This document shows positions 1 through 9,338 of a DNA stretch of 34,846 nucleotides, piece after piece (position 1 is the stretch's first letter; the number at the start of each line of letters is the position of its first letter). The stretch is from Armatimonadota bacterium (GTDB taxonomy: Bacteria > Armatimonadota > UBA5829 > DTLH01), in assembly GCA_038207085.1 (NCBI GenBank), contig JBBRAE010000029.1, positions 1 to 34,846 on the forward strand, written 5' to 3'. Both the position numbers and the translations under genes were made by a program. The notes under the pieces are model-generated. The model had not been told where the DNA came from and ran no database searches. It worked only from the letters and a program-made list of their open reading frames with translations.

Positions 1-837
1 GTCAGTGTCCTTGTGCTTGTTTCCGCTTCTGAAGAAGGAAATCGTTCGGTACTGCTTCAGTGACAGCCACTTCACATGACCGTCGCAGAACGACCAGTTT
101 TGCCCGCCGGTGTGCACGGGAGTAGGCGCTTCCTGCCACCATCTGTATATGCCATCAAAGCACGGAGTCTGAACCGGCTTGCCCCCGTTGGCTGCCAGAA
201 AATCCTGTTGACTATTCAAAGACCCGTCCCCGTGGTCGGCAAACATGACGGTCTTGGTAGGTCTGACAACCTCTGAGTCAAACGCAGTACCCGAGGCGCT
301 TCCCACATTCTCTCGACCGCCGTAGCTCTGAACCGACATCACCAGTGAAGAGTTCACGTCATAGCTTAGAGCAAAAAGCCCCTGATTTGTCCACCAGCCC
401 ACTTTGGAGTGCTTATCTGATGGGCAGACATAGATCTTGCGGGCCTTGTTGGTGTATCTCCAGAGGGTTCCCAAAGAAGGCTCAGCTCTCCACGTCCATT
501 TCGCTGTAGGAGGAGGACCTGGGTTGATGTACAGGAACGCGCCCGGTTGTGTCCACCTCCCCTTAAACCACATCCATGCGCTATAATCCTGCACTCCGTT
601 CACAATTGCCCTGCCATCTCTAAGTTCGTTTAGGGCGCCTCCGCTGGGATACCTCTGCTGCCAATCGTCCAGATACATCTTCATGGACTTGGTAAGCTGA
701 CTCAGGTTGCTGATACAGCTTGCCTGGCGAGCCTTCTCCCGTGCTCCTACGAACGCAGGGAACAGAATCGCTGCGAGAATAGCTATGATGGCGATGACCA
801 CCAATAGCTCAATTAGTGTGAAGCCTTTTCTACGCAT
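1..837 (-). CDS. Prepilin-type N-terminal cleavage/methylation protein with H-X9-DG motif (DUF1559-like); 3' end outside window
   Basis: Manual translation, no stop from 837 to 1: [48 protein letters not shown]...IYVCPSD...[25 protein letters not shown] upstream. Absent from the ORF track, probably because it has no stop in the window. Confidence 0.92.
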   Translation of the reverse strand, partial: MRRKGFTLIELLVVIAIIAILAAILFPAFVGAREKARQASCISNLSQLTKSMKMYLDDWQQRYPSGGALNELRDGRAIVNGVQDYSAWMWFKGRWTQPGAFLYINPGPPPTAKWTWRAEPSLGTLWRYTNKARKIYVCPSDKHSKVGWWTNQGLFALSYDVNSSLVMSVQSYGGRENVGSASGTAFDSEVVRPTKTVMFADHGDGSLNSQQDFLAANGGKPVQTPCFDGIYRWWQEAPTPVHTGGQNWSFCDGHVKWLSLKQYRTISFFRSGNKHKDTD

Positions 838-1216
838 TGTGTATACGCTCCTTTCTCGATATCGGAATACTTAGTGTGCTTAAGTTCGGCATTGCAGACT
901 CTTTTTGGAGTTTAATTCGTTATTACAGACTGCTTGTCTACGTGAAATGTTCCGGGGTGCCAGGTAATATTTCGAGTACAGCACATTTCTCAAAGGAATA
1001 AGCCCAGCAACTATAGAAAGATTACCAATTAGATGCAGTTGCTGTCAATACTACTTGTAAGCTTTGCACAATGTTTTGATGAGTCTGGAGCGGGGGAATA
1101 CCGACTGCGGAGGTGTGACGGAACCTCTCGCATCGCACAAACCGCGCTGCTGACGGCTATCATCACAACGGAAATGAAAAATGGCACAAAGCGCCATTTG
1201 CGAGGAGGTGGGGAGA

Positions 1217-1582
1217 ATGCTCATTCAGTATATTCCATTTGTCATTTTGTTTGTAGTAGCTGTTGGGTTTGCGACGATATCACTTGTGCTCTCACACGTG
1301 CTCGGCCCGCAGCGACCGAACCCGGATAAGCTCGCGCCGTATGAATCGGGGATGGCTCCCATCGGCGGCACACGCGGCAGGTTTCCGATCAGATACTACC
1401 TCGTAGCGATGCTTTTCATACTCTTCGACATCGAGATCATATTCCTGTACCCCTGGGCCGTTATATATCTGTCCAACAGTGGCGCAAGAGGATTTCTCTT
1501 CGCCGAGATCATCGCGTTTGTCGCAGTCCTTGCGGTTGGGTACGTGTATGTCTGGCGCAAGGGTGCGCTTGACTGGGAATAG
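1217..1582 (+). CDS. nuoA: NADH-quinone oxidoreductase subunit A
   Basis: KLAPYESG, YYLVAMLFILFDIEIIFLYPW, WRKGALDWE. GGAGGTG RBS favours ATG 1217 over 1181. Confidence 0.95.
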   Translation: MLIQYIPFVILFVVAVGFATISLVLSHVLGPQRPNPDKLAPYESGMAPIGGTRGRFPIRYYLVAMLFILFDIEIIFLYPWAVIYLSNSGARGFLFAEIIAFVAVLAVGYVYVWRKGALDWE

Positions 1583-1634
1583 TATGTTTTGCTGAGGTTG
1601 TATGGGGGTAATCTTCCTCAAGCGGACAGGTGTT

Positions 1635-2114
1635 ATGTTATCAGAGCAGGCTAGAACCAAAATAATTGAAAGCAGAGACAGCTACCCCGACAGGCGATCG
1701 GCGGTAATGCCGGCACTGTACGTCGTCCAGGAAGAAGATGGACGGCTGACTGACGAAGGTATGGGCGAGGTCGCCAAGCTCCTTGAGATGCCTTATTCCG
1801 ACGTAGTAGGCGTCGCGACATTCTATTCCATGTACTTCGAGCGCCCAGTTGGCCGCTACGTTCTTGATGTGTGCAAGACGCTGTCCTGCGCGCTCCTTGG
1901 AGCCGAGAGCCTGGTTGAACACCTCTCGCGCAAGCTTGGGATCAAGGTCGGTGAGACAACTCCCGACGGGCTCTTCACCCTTCGAACGGTCGAGTGTCTG
2001 GGCGCGTGCGGCAAGGCCCCGGTGATGATGGTCGGCGACACCTACTACGAGGACCTCACGCCTGAAAAGCTCGACGGGATCATCGAGAGCCTTCGAAGAG
2101 AGGCGCAGGGTTAG
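1635..2114 (+). CDS. nuoE: NADH-quinone oxidoreductase subunit E (2Fe-2S)
   Basis: RSAVMPAL, VATFYSM, CKTLSC...VECLGACGKAP. Start could be 1602. Confidence 0.93.
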   Translation: MLSEQARTKIIESRDSYPDRRSAVMPALYVVQEEDGRLTDEGMGEVAKLLEMPYSDVVGVATFYSMYFERPVGRYVLDVCKTLSCALLGAESLVEHLSRKLGIKVGETTPDGLFTLRTVECLGACGKAPVMMVGDTYYEDLTPEKLDGIIESLRREAQG

Positions 2115-2117
2115 CCT

Positions 2118-3425
2118 ATGCAAATCGTCTTCAAACACATCGATGTGCCCGATATCGACCAGATCGACGTCTACCTGCGCGAAGGCGGTTACAAGGCGCT
2201 CGAACGCACGGTCAAAGATATGCATCCAGAAGAGATAATAGATGTAGTCTCAAAGTCCGGCCTCCGTGGCCGAGGCGGCGCGGGGTTTCCAACGGGCAAG
2301 AAATGGGCGTTTATCCCCAAAGACCCCTCACTTGCGAAGTATCTCTGCTGCAACGCCGACGAAAGCGAGCCCGGCACGTTCAAAGACCGAGAACTGATGC
2401 TCCGCAACCCTCACCAGCTCATCGAGGGGATGGCGATCTGCTGCAGGGCAATCGGCGCGAAGCGGGCGTTCATCTACGTCCGGGGCGAGTTCACCCAGCC
2501 GATAAAGACACTTAACAAAGCTCTATCGGAGGCTTACGCCAAGGGTTTTCTCGGGCACGGCATATTTGAAAGCGACACGGATATCGACATCCAGATCCAC
2601 CGTGGCGCTGGCGCATATATCTGCGGCGAGGAGTCGGCGCTTTTGAACTCACTTGCCGGTGTGCGCGGCGAGCCGAGGTTCCGTCCGCCGTTCCCCGCGA
2701 TCAAGGGGATCTACGACAGCCCGACCGTCATCAACAACGTCGAAACGCTCGCAAACGTGCCGCATATCATAAACAATGGCCCCGATTGGTTCAGATCAGT
2801 TGGCACAGAGAAGAGCCCCGGCACCAAAGTATTCTGCGTGAGCGGACACGTGAATCGCCCCGGCAACTACGAGCTTCCGATGGGCGTCACCGCGCGCGCG
2901 CTGATATTCGAGCACGCGGGTGGAGTCCTCGACGGCAAGAACCTAAAGGCGTTCATCCCGGGTGGCTCGTCTGTCCCGATGCTGACCGAAGAGAGCCTGG
3001 ACGTCGCGCTGGATTTCGAAGCGCTGATGGCCGCCGGGAGTATGCTGGGTTCGGCTGGGTTTATGGTGTTAAACGAAGACACCTGCATCGTCCGCGCGAC
3101 GCTCAACATGGCGCGTTTCTACGGACACGAGTCCTGCGGAAAATGCACCCCCTGCCGCGAAGGCACGGGCTGGATGGTCGATATGCTGGAAAGCATCGAG
3201 GACGGCGCAGGGAAGATCGGCTACATAGACCGTCTGGTCGACGTTGCAAACAGCATCAACGGACGAAGCTTCTGCGGCCTGGGCGACGCATCAGCCGCAC
3301 CTATACTATCAAGCATCAAGCATTTCAGAGAAGAATACGAAACCCACGTCCGCGAGCGGGGATGCCCGTTCAAAGGCGATGCGGGGTTTGCACTAAGAGA
3401 GGCGGGAGGAGGGGCTGGGGGTTAG
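2118..3425 (+). CDS. nuoF: NADH-quinone oxidoreductase subunit F (FMN/NADH-binding)
   Basis: SGLRGRGGAGFPTGKKW, CNADESEPGTFKDR, GAGAYICGEE, ESCGKCTPCREG...C. No extra C-terminal ferredoxin domain. Confidence 0.96.
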   Translation: MQIVFKHIDVPDIDQIDVYLREGGYKALERTVKDMHPEEIIDVVSKSGLRGRGGAGFPTGKKWAFIPKDPSLAKYLCCNADESEPGTFKDRELMLRNPHQLIEGMAICCRAIGAKRAFIYVRGEFTQPIKTLNKALSEAYAKGFLGHGIFESDTDIDIQIHRGAGAYICGEESALLNSLAGVRGEPRFRPPFPAIKGIYDSPTVINNVETLANVPHIINNGPDWFRSVGTEKSPGTKVFCVSGHVNRPGNYELPMGVTARALIFEHAGGVLDGKNLKAFIPGGSSVPMLTEESLDVALDFEALMAAGSMLGSAGFMVLNEDTCIVRATLNMARFYGHESCGKCTPCREGTGWMVDMLESIEDGAGKIGYIDRLVDVANSINGRSFCGLGDASAAPILSSIKHFREEYETHVRERGCPFKGDAGFALREAGGGAGG

Positions 3426-3565
3426 GGGTTAGGGGTTGGTGCAGCTTGATAGATTGTACCACTTGGTGAGAGATGGGTTTCGGAGACGGGGTCCCCGAAA
3501 CAACGAAAGTGGTACAGCCTTTCAAGTCTCGCCAGTCCGGCCCCCAATCCCTAACCCCCAGCCCC
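3411..3565. repeat. Nested inverted-repeat element with telomere-like heptamer arms
   Basis: GGGGCTGGGGGTTAGGGGTTAGGGG (3411-3435) pairs with CCCCCAATCCCTAACCCCCAGCCCC (3541-3565). Inner IR CTTGATAGATTGTACCACTT (3445-3464) / AAGTGGTACAGCCTTTCAAG (3507-3526). Central hairpin GTTTCGGAGAC-GGG-GTCCCCGAAAC. Confidence 0.85.
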
Positions 3566-3581
3566 AACCCCAATCCAAACC

Positions 3582-4784
3582 CTGCCTGAGCTCGTAATCT
3601 ACATCTTAATAAAGCTCGCTCTAGTAATCGTCGTTTTCGCGCTTTGGATGATGATGGTGCCTGTGCTCATCTGGCTTGAGCGGAAAGTCATCGCCGACAT
3701 CCAGATCAGGCTCGGCCCCAACCGCGTTGGCCCGTTTGGCCTGCTGCAGCCGATCGCCGACGCGCTCAAGCTCATCATGAAAGAAGAAGTGACGCCCGCG
3801 CTGGTCGACAAGTGGGTCTATCGCCTCGCGCCGATGATGATGATGGTCCCCGCGCTCCTTTCCATCGCGGCGATCCCCATCGGCGGCACGGTCACAATCG
3901 GCCCCCGGAGCTTTGCGCTTCAGATAATGGGAGCCTACCGCGGCCCCGGAGGGTTCTACGTGCCGGAGCTAGACGCGGGGATACTCCTCGTACTTGCCCT
4001 CTCGTCGCTTGGGGTCTACGGAATCGTCCTTGCGGGCTGGTCGTCGGCCAACAAATACTCTCTACTCGGCGGGATGCGCTCATCGGCTCAGATGCTCTCC
4101 TACGAACTGCCTCTGGGGGTAGCGCTGGTCGGCCCGCTGATGCTCGCCGGGACGCTTCGGCTAACCGGCGTGGTCGAATCGCAGGCGCATCCCTACATCT
4201 GGTTCATCATCCCTCAGTTTTTGGCGTTTGTGATCCACCTGATGTCGGGAATCGCCGAAACCAACCGCGCGCCGTTCGACCTTCCCGAGGCCGAGCAGGA
4301 GTTGGTCGGCGGCTACCACACCGAGTATTCAAGCTTCAGGTTCGCTATGTTTTTCATGGCCGAGTATCTGAACATGGTGACGGTGAGCGCGATCTCCGTC
4401 ACCTTCTTTCTCGGTGGATACCGTCTTTTCTGGAACGACATCGCGTGGCTCGGGCCTATCTGGTTTGGCATGAAGCTGCTCGCCGTCCTCTACTTCTTCA
4501 TGTGGATTCGTGGCACGTGGCCTCGGGTGCGCTTTGACCAGTTGATGAAGCTTGGGTGGAAGGCATCGCTCCCGATCGCACTCGCAAACGTGGTCGTAAC
4601 AGCGGCGATTCTAGCCTTCACCCCCGGCAACCCCACGCTCGTGCTCTCAATCGCAAGCGTGATCCTCAGCACAGCGGCGTTCTTCGGCCTGTCCTACGCG
4701 GTTTCCTACACACTCAGGCACAAGGCTTTCGCGCGCGAACAGGAGCTAAGACGGCGCAGGCTCGAAGGGACGGTGGAGCCGTGA
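3582..4784 (+). CDS. nuoH: NADH-quinone oxidoreductase subunit H (start uncertain)
   Basis: [70 protein letters not shown]. Frame is open from 3555 and encodes the first TM helix ([22 protein letters not shown]) upstream of the first ATG (3648). Start placed at CTG 3582 by inference. Confidence 0.9.
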   Translation: MPELVIYILIKLALVIVVFALWMMMVPVLIWLERKVIADIQIRLGPNRVGPFGLLQPIADALKLIMKEEVTPALVDKWVYRLAPMMMMVPALLSIAAIPIGGTVTIGPRSFALQIMGAYRGPGGFYVPELDAGILLVLALSSLGVYGIVLAGWSSANKYSLLGGMRSSAQMLSYELPLGVALVGPLMLAGTLRLTGVVESQAHPYIWFIIPQFLAFVIHLMSGIAETNRAPFDLPEAEQELVGGYHTEYSSFRFAMFFMAEYLNMVTVSAISVTFFLGGYRLFWNDIAWLGPIWFGMKLLAVLYFFMWIRGTWPRVRFDQLMKLGWKASLPIALANVVVTAAILAFTPGNPTLVLSIASVILSTAAFFGLSYAVSYTLRHKAFAREQELRRRRLEGTVEP

Positions 4785-5293
4785 GCTTCGAACTCTTCGC
4801 GTTTGTCATACTGGGATTAGTCGCCGTAGTCTCTGGGATAGCCGTCATAACGGCCAAGAACCCTATCCACGCCGTGATGTATCTCGTCACGAACTTTTTC
4901 GCGCTTGCGATGTTCTACCTCGTGCTCGCCGCGCAGTTCATCGCGTTTTTGCAGATACTCGTCTACGCGGGCGCGATTATGGTGCTTTTTCTCTTTGTAG
5001 TGATGATCCTGAACCTGACCGGCGCGATCGAAAGCGTGCGCGACAAGCTACCCGCACAAAAATGGATAGCCGTCGCGCTCGCCGTAGTGCTAATGCTCGA
5101 GTTCGCCGCAATAGCAGGCTCAGGGTCGATCGCGACCCCGAGGGCCGGAGCGCTCGCCGAGAGTTTCGGCACATCAAAACCGATAGGCCTGCTGCTCTAT
5201 TCACAGTATCTACTGCCATTCGAAGTAACAAGCGTGCTCTTATTGATAGCGATGGTCGGCTCGATAGTCCTTGCCAGAAGGAGGGAAGACTGA
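4781..5293 (+). CDS. nuoJ: NADH-quinone oxidoreductase subunit J
   Basis: [54 protein letters not shown] start overlaps the nuoH stop (GTGA). Confidence 0.94.
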   Translation: MSFELFAFVILGLVAVVSGIAVITAKNPIHAVMYLVTNFFALAMFYLVLAAQFIAFLQILVYAGAIMVLFLFVVMILNLTGAIESVRDKLPAQKWIAVALAVVLMLEFAAIAGSGSIATPRAGALAESFGTSKPIGLLLYSQYLLPFEVTSVLLLIAMVGSIVLARRRED

Positions 5294-5595
5294 TGCTTCC
5301 CATCACCTACTACGTGGGCCTCTCGGCGATGCTTTTCACCATAGGCGCGGTCGGGGTATTGATAAGGCGCAACCCGATCATCATGTTTATGTCGATCGAA
5401 CTGATGCTAAACTCGGCGAACCTCGCCTTCATCAGCTTCTCGCGCTACCTGAACCGAATGGACGGACACATATTCGTCTTCATAATAATGACCGTAGCCG
5501 CCGCCGAAGTAGCCGTCGGCCTCGGCATCATCGTCGCCATCTTCAAATCAAGAGGCGACGTGAACGTGGATGATCTAAGTGAGATGAAAGGGTGA
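5293..5595 (+). CDS. nuoK: NADH-quinone oxidoreductase subunit K
   Basis: [31 protein letters not shown]. 100 aa; TGATG overlap with nuoJ. Confidence 0.95.
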   Translation: MLPITYYVGLSAMLFTIGAVGVLIRRNPIIMFMSIELMLNSANLAFISFSRYLNRMDGHIFVFIIMTVAAAEVAVGLGIIVAIFKSRGDVNVDDLSEMKG

Positions 5596-5814
5596 GGGGT
5601 GAGAGGATAGGGGTTAGGGTTGGAGCTGACGCATCTTGATAGGTTGTACCACTGAGGTCTGCTGGTAAACTTCGGGACACCTTTTCGTCCCGAAGCACAG
5701 ATGGTGAAACCGCCATCCTGAGCCATGCTGAGGCTCTCAAAGCACGAAGGATGAGCGCGGTACAATCTCTCAAGTTTCGCAAGCACCATCCCCCAGCCCC
5801 TAACCCCCAACCCC
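5590..5814. repeat. Second heptamer-armed nested inverted-repeat element
   Basis: G-rich heptamers 5590-5619 and C-rich heptamers 5790-5814. Inner IR CTTGATAGGTTGTACC (5635-5650) / GGTACAATCTCTCAAG (5759-5774). Internal CTTCGGGAC..GTCCCGAAG and CATCCTGAG..GAAGGATG hairpins. Confidence 0.82.
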
Positions 5815-5835
5815 GATTCTGACAAAGGAAGAATC

Positions 5836-7746
5836 ATGACCTACGCTTGGCTCGTGCCGGGGCTTCCGCTCCTGGGCGCGATAATAAATGGAATATTTGG
5901 ACGCTTCCTGCCGAGAAAGCTCGTGGGCTTCATCGCCTGTGCGCTCGTCGCGGGGTCGTTTGGCGTCTCGGTCGCGGTCTTCCTCCAGATTATGCGCCTC
6001 CCGGCAGCCGATCGCCACGTGACGAACCTGCTCTACAACTGGATATTCGCAGGCAGCTTCCGGGCCGAGATGAGCATACTCATCGACCCTCTATCGCTTC
6101 TGATGATGCTCGTAGTGACCGGCGTCGGCCTGCTCATACACATCTACTCGACCGGCTACATGGGCCATGACGAGGGCTTCTCCCGCTTCTTTACCTACAT
6201 GAACCTGTTCGTAGCCTCGATGCTAATATTGGTGATGGCGAGCAACTATCTCCTGATGTTCGTGGGATGGGAACTGGTCGGAATCTGTTCGTTTCTCTTG
6301 ATCAGCTTCTGGTATCACAAACCCGAGGCAGTCGCCGCTGGACGCAAGGCGTTTATCACCACCCGAATCGGCGACGTAGGCTTCACGCTCGGGGTTATTC
6401 TAATTTATCTCACATTCGGCACGCTCGCCTTCGATCCCGCATTCGCCGCAGCCGCAGGAGTCGCCAAAGCAAGTATAATCGTGATCACTACGCTGCTCTT
6501 TATCGGTGCAATAGGCAAATCAGCCCAAATCCCGCTCTACGTGTGGCTCCCCGACGCGATGGAAGGCCCGACGCCCGTGAGCGCCCTGATCCATGCCGCG
6601 ACGATGGTCACCGCGGGCGTCTACCTGATCGCCCGTTCAAGCCCGATGTTCATCCAAGTGCCCGAAGTGATGACCCTCGTCGCCACTGTCGGCGCTGTAA
6701 CGGCACTATTTGCCGCCACGATCGCGCTCGTCAACAACGACATCAAGCGCGTGCTCGCCTACTCAACGATCAGCCAGATCGGGCTTATGTTCGTCGGAGT
6801 CGGCGTCGGGGCGTTTGCGGCGGGGCTTTTCCACCTCATGACCCACGCGTTTTTCAAGGCGCTTCTCTTCCTTGGAGCCGGAAGCGTGATGCACGCGCTC
6901 GACGGCGACACCGACATGCGCGCAATGGGCGGCCTAAAGCCCAAAATGCCCGTCACCTATTGGACGATGCTCATCGCCGCGCTCGCGATCGCCGGAATCC
7001 CGCCCCTCTCAGGGTTCTTCAGCAAAGATGAGATCCTCCTCGGCGCATACTCCAGCGGCCACCCCGTGATCTACGCGCTTGGCCTCGCGACGTCGCTTCT
7101 AACGGCTTTCTATATGTTCAGGCTGTTCTTCAAGACGTTCCACGGTGAGCGAAAAATGAGCCAAGAGCGCTGGGAGCACGCCCACGAGTCACCGAGATCG
7201 ATGACCGCTCCGCTCGTGCTCCTGGCCATCGGCGCAGCGTTTGCAGGTGTGGTCGGAATCCCCGAGTTCCTCGGCGCGCACGGCGCGAGTTGGGCGAACA
7301 TAATCGGCAGGTTCCTTGCCCCCGCAATCGCCGTAGGAGAGCACCCCGCAGTCTCAACGACCCTTGCCTATACGCTCATGGCCGCCGCAATAGCCGTAGG
7401 GGTGATCGGCCTCGCAACCGCGTGGTATTTCTACATAGTCAAACCCGGCACGGCGGCAAAAATGGCGGAGCGCGCCCCCGCCGTTTACAGCACTCTTGTA
7501 AACAAATACTGGGTAGATGAGCTCTATAACGCCGTATTTGTCCGGCCGGGCAAGGCGTTCGCCGCGTTTCTCTGGAAGTTCGTAGACTCCGTCATAATCG
7601 ACGGCACCGTAAACGGCCTCGCCCGCGCCGTGGGAGGCCTCTCGATCATCGGCAGGCGGATTGAAACCGGCTATATCAGAAACTACGCGCTCGCGATCTT
7701 CCTCGGCGCAATCATTCTTGTAGGATACCTGGTGATAGGCAGATGA
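5836..7746 (+). CDS. nuoL: NADH-quinone oxidoreductase subunit L
   Basis: GKSAQIPLYVWLPDAMEGPTPVSALIHAATMVTAG, HLMTHAFFKALLF, FFSKDEI, C-terminal DGTVN..ETGYIRNY. Confidence 0.96.
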   Translation: MTYAWLVPGLPLLGAIINGIFGRFLPRKLVGFIACALVAGSFGVSVAVFLQIMRLPAADRHVTNLLYNWIFAGSFRAEMSILIDPLSLLMMLVVTGVGLLIHIYSTGYMGHDEGFSRFFTYMNLFVASMLILVMASNYLLMFVGWELVGICSFLLISFWYHKPEAVAAGRKAFITTRIGDVGFTLGVILIYLTFGTLAFDPAFAAAAGVAKASIIVITTLLFIGAIGKSAQIPLYVWLPDAMEGPTPVSALIHAATMVTAGVYLIARSSPMFIQVPEVMTLVATVGAVTALFAATIALVNNDIKRVLAYSTISQIGLMFVGVGVGAFAAGLFHLMTHAFFKALLFLGAGSVMHALDGDTDMRAMGGLKPKMPVTYWTMLIAALAIAGIPPLSGFFSKDEILLGAYSSGHPVIYALGLATSLLTAFYMFRLFFKTFHGERKMSQERWEHAHESPRSMTAPLVLLAIGAAFAGVVGIPEFLGAHGASWANIIGRFLAPAIAVGEHPAVSTTLAYTLMAAAIAVGVIGLATAWYFYIVKPGTAAKMAERAPAVYSTLVNKYWVDELYNAVFVRPGKAFAAFLWKFVDSVIIDGTVNGLARAVGGLSIIGRRIETGYIRNYALAIFLGAIILVGYLVIGR

Positions 7747-9338
7747 AAGACTACATTCTCTCAATTCTCATATTCCTGCCAATCGCCGCAGGCCTTGTGA
7801 CGCTTCTGATCCCAAGGCGACACGACGCGCTGATCCGATGGTTCACGCTTCTTGCGAGCCTCGCGACGTTCGCGCTCTCCGTCCCGCTATTCTTCTGGTT
7901 CAACTCAAGAACAGCCGCGTTTCAATTTGAGGAGTTCCGTCCCTGGGTGCAGATCCTCCCAAGAATAGTCGATGGGGCGACCCAGTACGCGATCAACTAC
8001 CACCTCGGCATCGACGGAATCAGCCTGATGCTCGTGCTATTGGCGACGTTTCTCACGCCGGTCGCGATGCTGGCGTCATGGCGCGGTATCACCGAGCGCG
8101 CCCGTGAGTTCTACTTCACATTGCTCCTTCTCGAAGGCGCGATGCTCGGAGTGCTCCTCTCGCTCGACCTGATACTCTTCTACGTATTCTGGGACGCGAT
8201 GCTGATCCCGATGTATTTCCTGATCGGCGTCTGGGGCAGCGGCAACCGAGTCTACGCCTCGATCAAGTTCTTCATATACACGCTCGTCGGAAGCCTGCTC
8301 ATGCTCGCGGGGATCGTCTATCTCGGCCTGACAAGCCCCGCAGGCGTCACATTCGACGTAGTTGAGCTCGCCCGAGCCGGGGTCCCCTACGGCCTGCAAT
8401 ACTGGCTGTTCCTGGCCTTCGGCCTGGCGTTTGCGATCAAGGTGCCGATCTTCCCGTTCCACACATGGCTCCCCGACGCTCACACCGAGGCCCCAACCGC
8501 CGGAAGCGTGATCCTCGCTGGCGTGTTGCTAAAAATGGGCGCATACGGGTTTTTGCGATTCTGCCTGCCGCTTTTCCCTGAGGCCTCAGTCACGTTTGCG
8601 CCTCTAATGGCGACCTTGGGCGTAATCGGCATCATCTACGGCGCTCTAGTCGCCTACGTCCAGCCCGACATGAAGCGCCTGGTCGCCTATTCAAGCGTAA
8701 GCCACCTCGGGTTCGTCGTGCTCGGCATTTTCGCCTTCAATATGGAAGGAATCCAGGGCGCGCTGATCGTAATGGTCGCCCACGGCCTCGCGACAGGCGC
8801 TCTGTTCCTGTGTGTAGGAATGATCTACGACCGCCGCCACACTCGAATGCTCGCCGACTTCGGCGGCGTATGGCGTGTGATGCCCGCCTTCGGCGCACTC
8901 TTCATGATCGCATCCCTGGCCTCGCTCGGCCTGCCGGGGCTATCCAACTTCCCCGGTGAGTTTTTGGTAATTGTCGGGGCCTTCGCCGCCAAGGGCTGGC
9001 TCTTCGCCTTCCTTGCGGCAAGCGGAGTAGTCTTCGCCGCGGTCTACGTGCTCTGGCTCTTTGGCCGAGTTATGCAGGGTCCGACCGAAAACCCGGACGT
9101 AAAAACAATGCGCGACCTCTCCGTCCGGGAGCTATTCGTCCTGGCCCCGGTCGCCCTGTTCATAGTGCTCCTCGGCCTCCTACCCGGCCCGATGCTCGCG
9201 CGAACGTCGCAGTCGGCACACGCGCTCGTCCAGACGATCAAACAAGCCCAGATTCGTGTTCGGGCGGATTTGCAATCCGCGCCGGAAAAGGCAAGCCGGG
9301 ATCTGCGATCCCACACCGAGCAGGAGACGAAAAGATGA
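7743..9338 (+). CDS. nuoM: NADH-quinone oxidoreductase subunit M
   Basis: GIDGIS, AIKVPIFPFHTWLPDAHTEAPTAGS, AYSSVSH, LGLPGLSNFPGEF. ATGA overlaps at both ends. Confidence 0.96.
   Translation: MKDYILSILIFLPIAAGLVTLLIPRRHDALIRWFTLLASLATFALSVPLFFWFNSRTAAFQFEEFRPWVQILPRIVDGATQYAINYHLGIDGISLMLVLLATFLTPVAMLASWRGITERAREFYFTLLLLEGAMLGVLLSLDLILFYVFWDAMLIPMYFLIGVWGSGNRVYASIKFFIYTLVGSLLMLAGIVYLGLTSPAGVTFDVVELARAGVPYGLQYWLFLAFGLAFAIKVPIFPFHTWLPDAHTEAPTAGSVILAGVLLKMGAYGFLRFCLPLFPEASVTFAPLMATLGVIGIIYGALVAYVQPDMKRLVAYSSVSHLGFVVLGIFAFNMEGIQGALIVMVAHGLATGALFLCVGMIYDRRHTRMLADFGGVWRVMPAFGALFMIASLASLGLPGLSNFPGEFLVIVGAFAAKGWLFAFLAASGVVFAAVYVLWLFGRVMQGPTENPDVKTMRDLSVRELFVLAPVALFIVLLGLLPGPMLARTSQSAHALVQTIKQAQIRVRADLQSAPEKASRDLRSHTEQETKR

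Noticed and set aside
838..1216. Riboswitch or ncRNA in the leader between the prepilin gene and nuoA
   Set aside because: No recognisable aptamer motif; an Rfam/Infernal scan would be needed.
1583..1634. Possible nuoB-start / nuoD-end deletion scar (ATG GGG GTA ... GCG GAC AGG TG)
   Set aside because: Only a few codons of resemblance; indistinguishable from chance.
3411..3435. Eukaryotic telomere contamination (TTAGGG-like)
   Set aside because: Only 3-4 degenerate 7-mers that form one arm of an inverted repeat inside a bacterial operon.
3420..3600. Ribosomal bypass or readthrough fusing NuoF to NuoH (same frame)
   Set aside because: At least two in-frame stops (3423, 3552) and no matching Gly landing codon after the second; the fusion is also structurally implausible.
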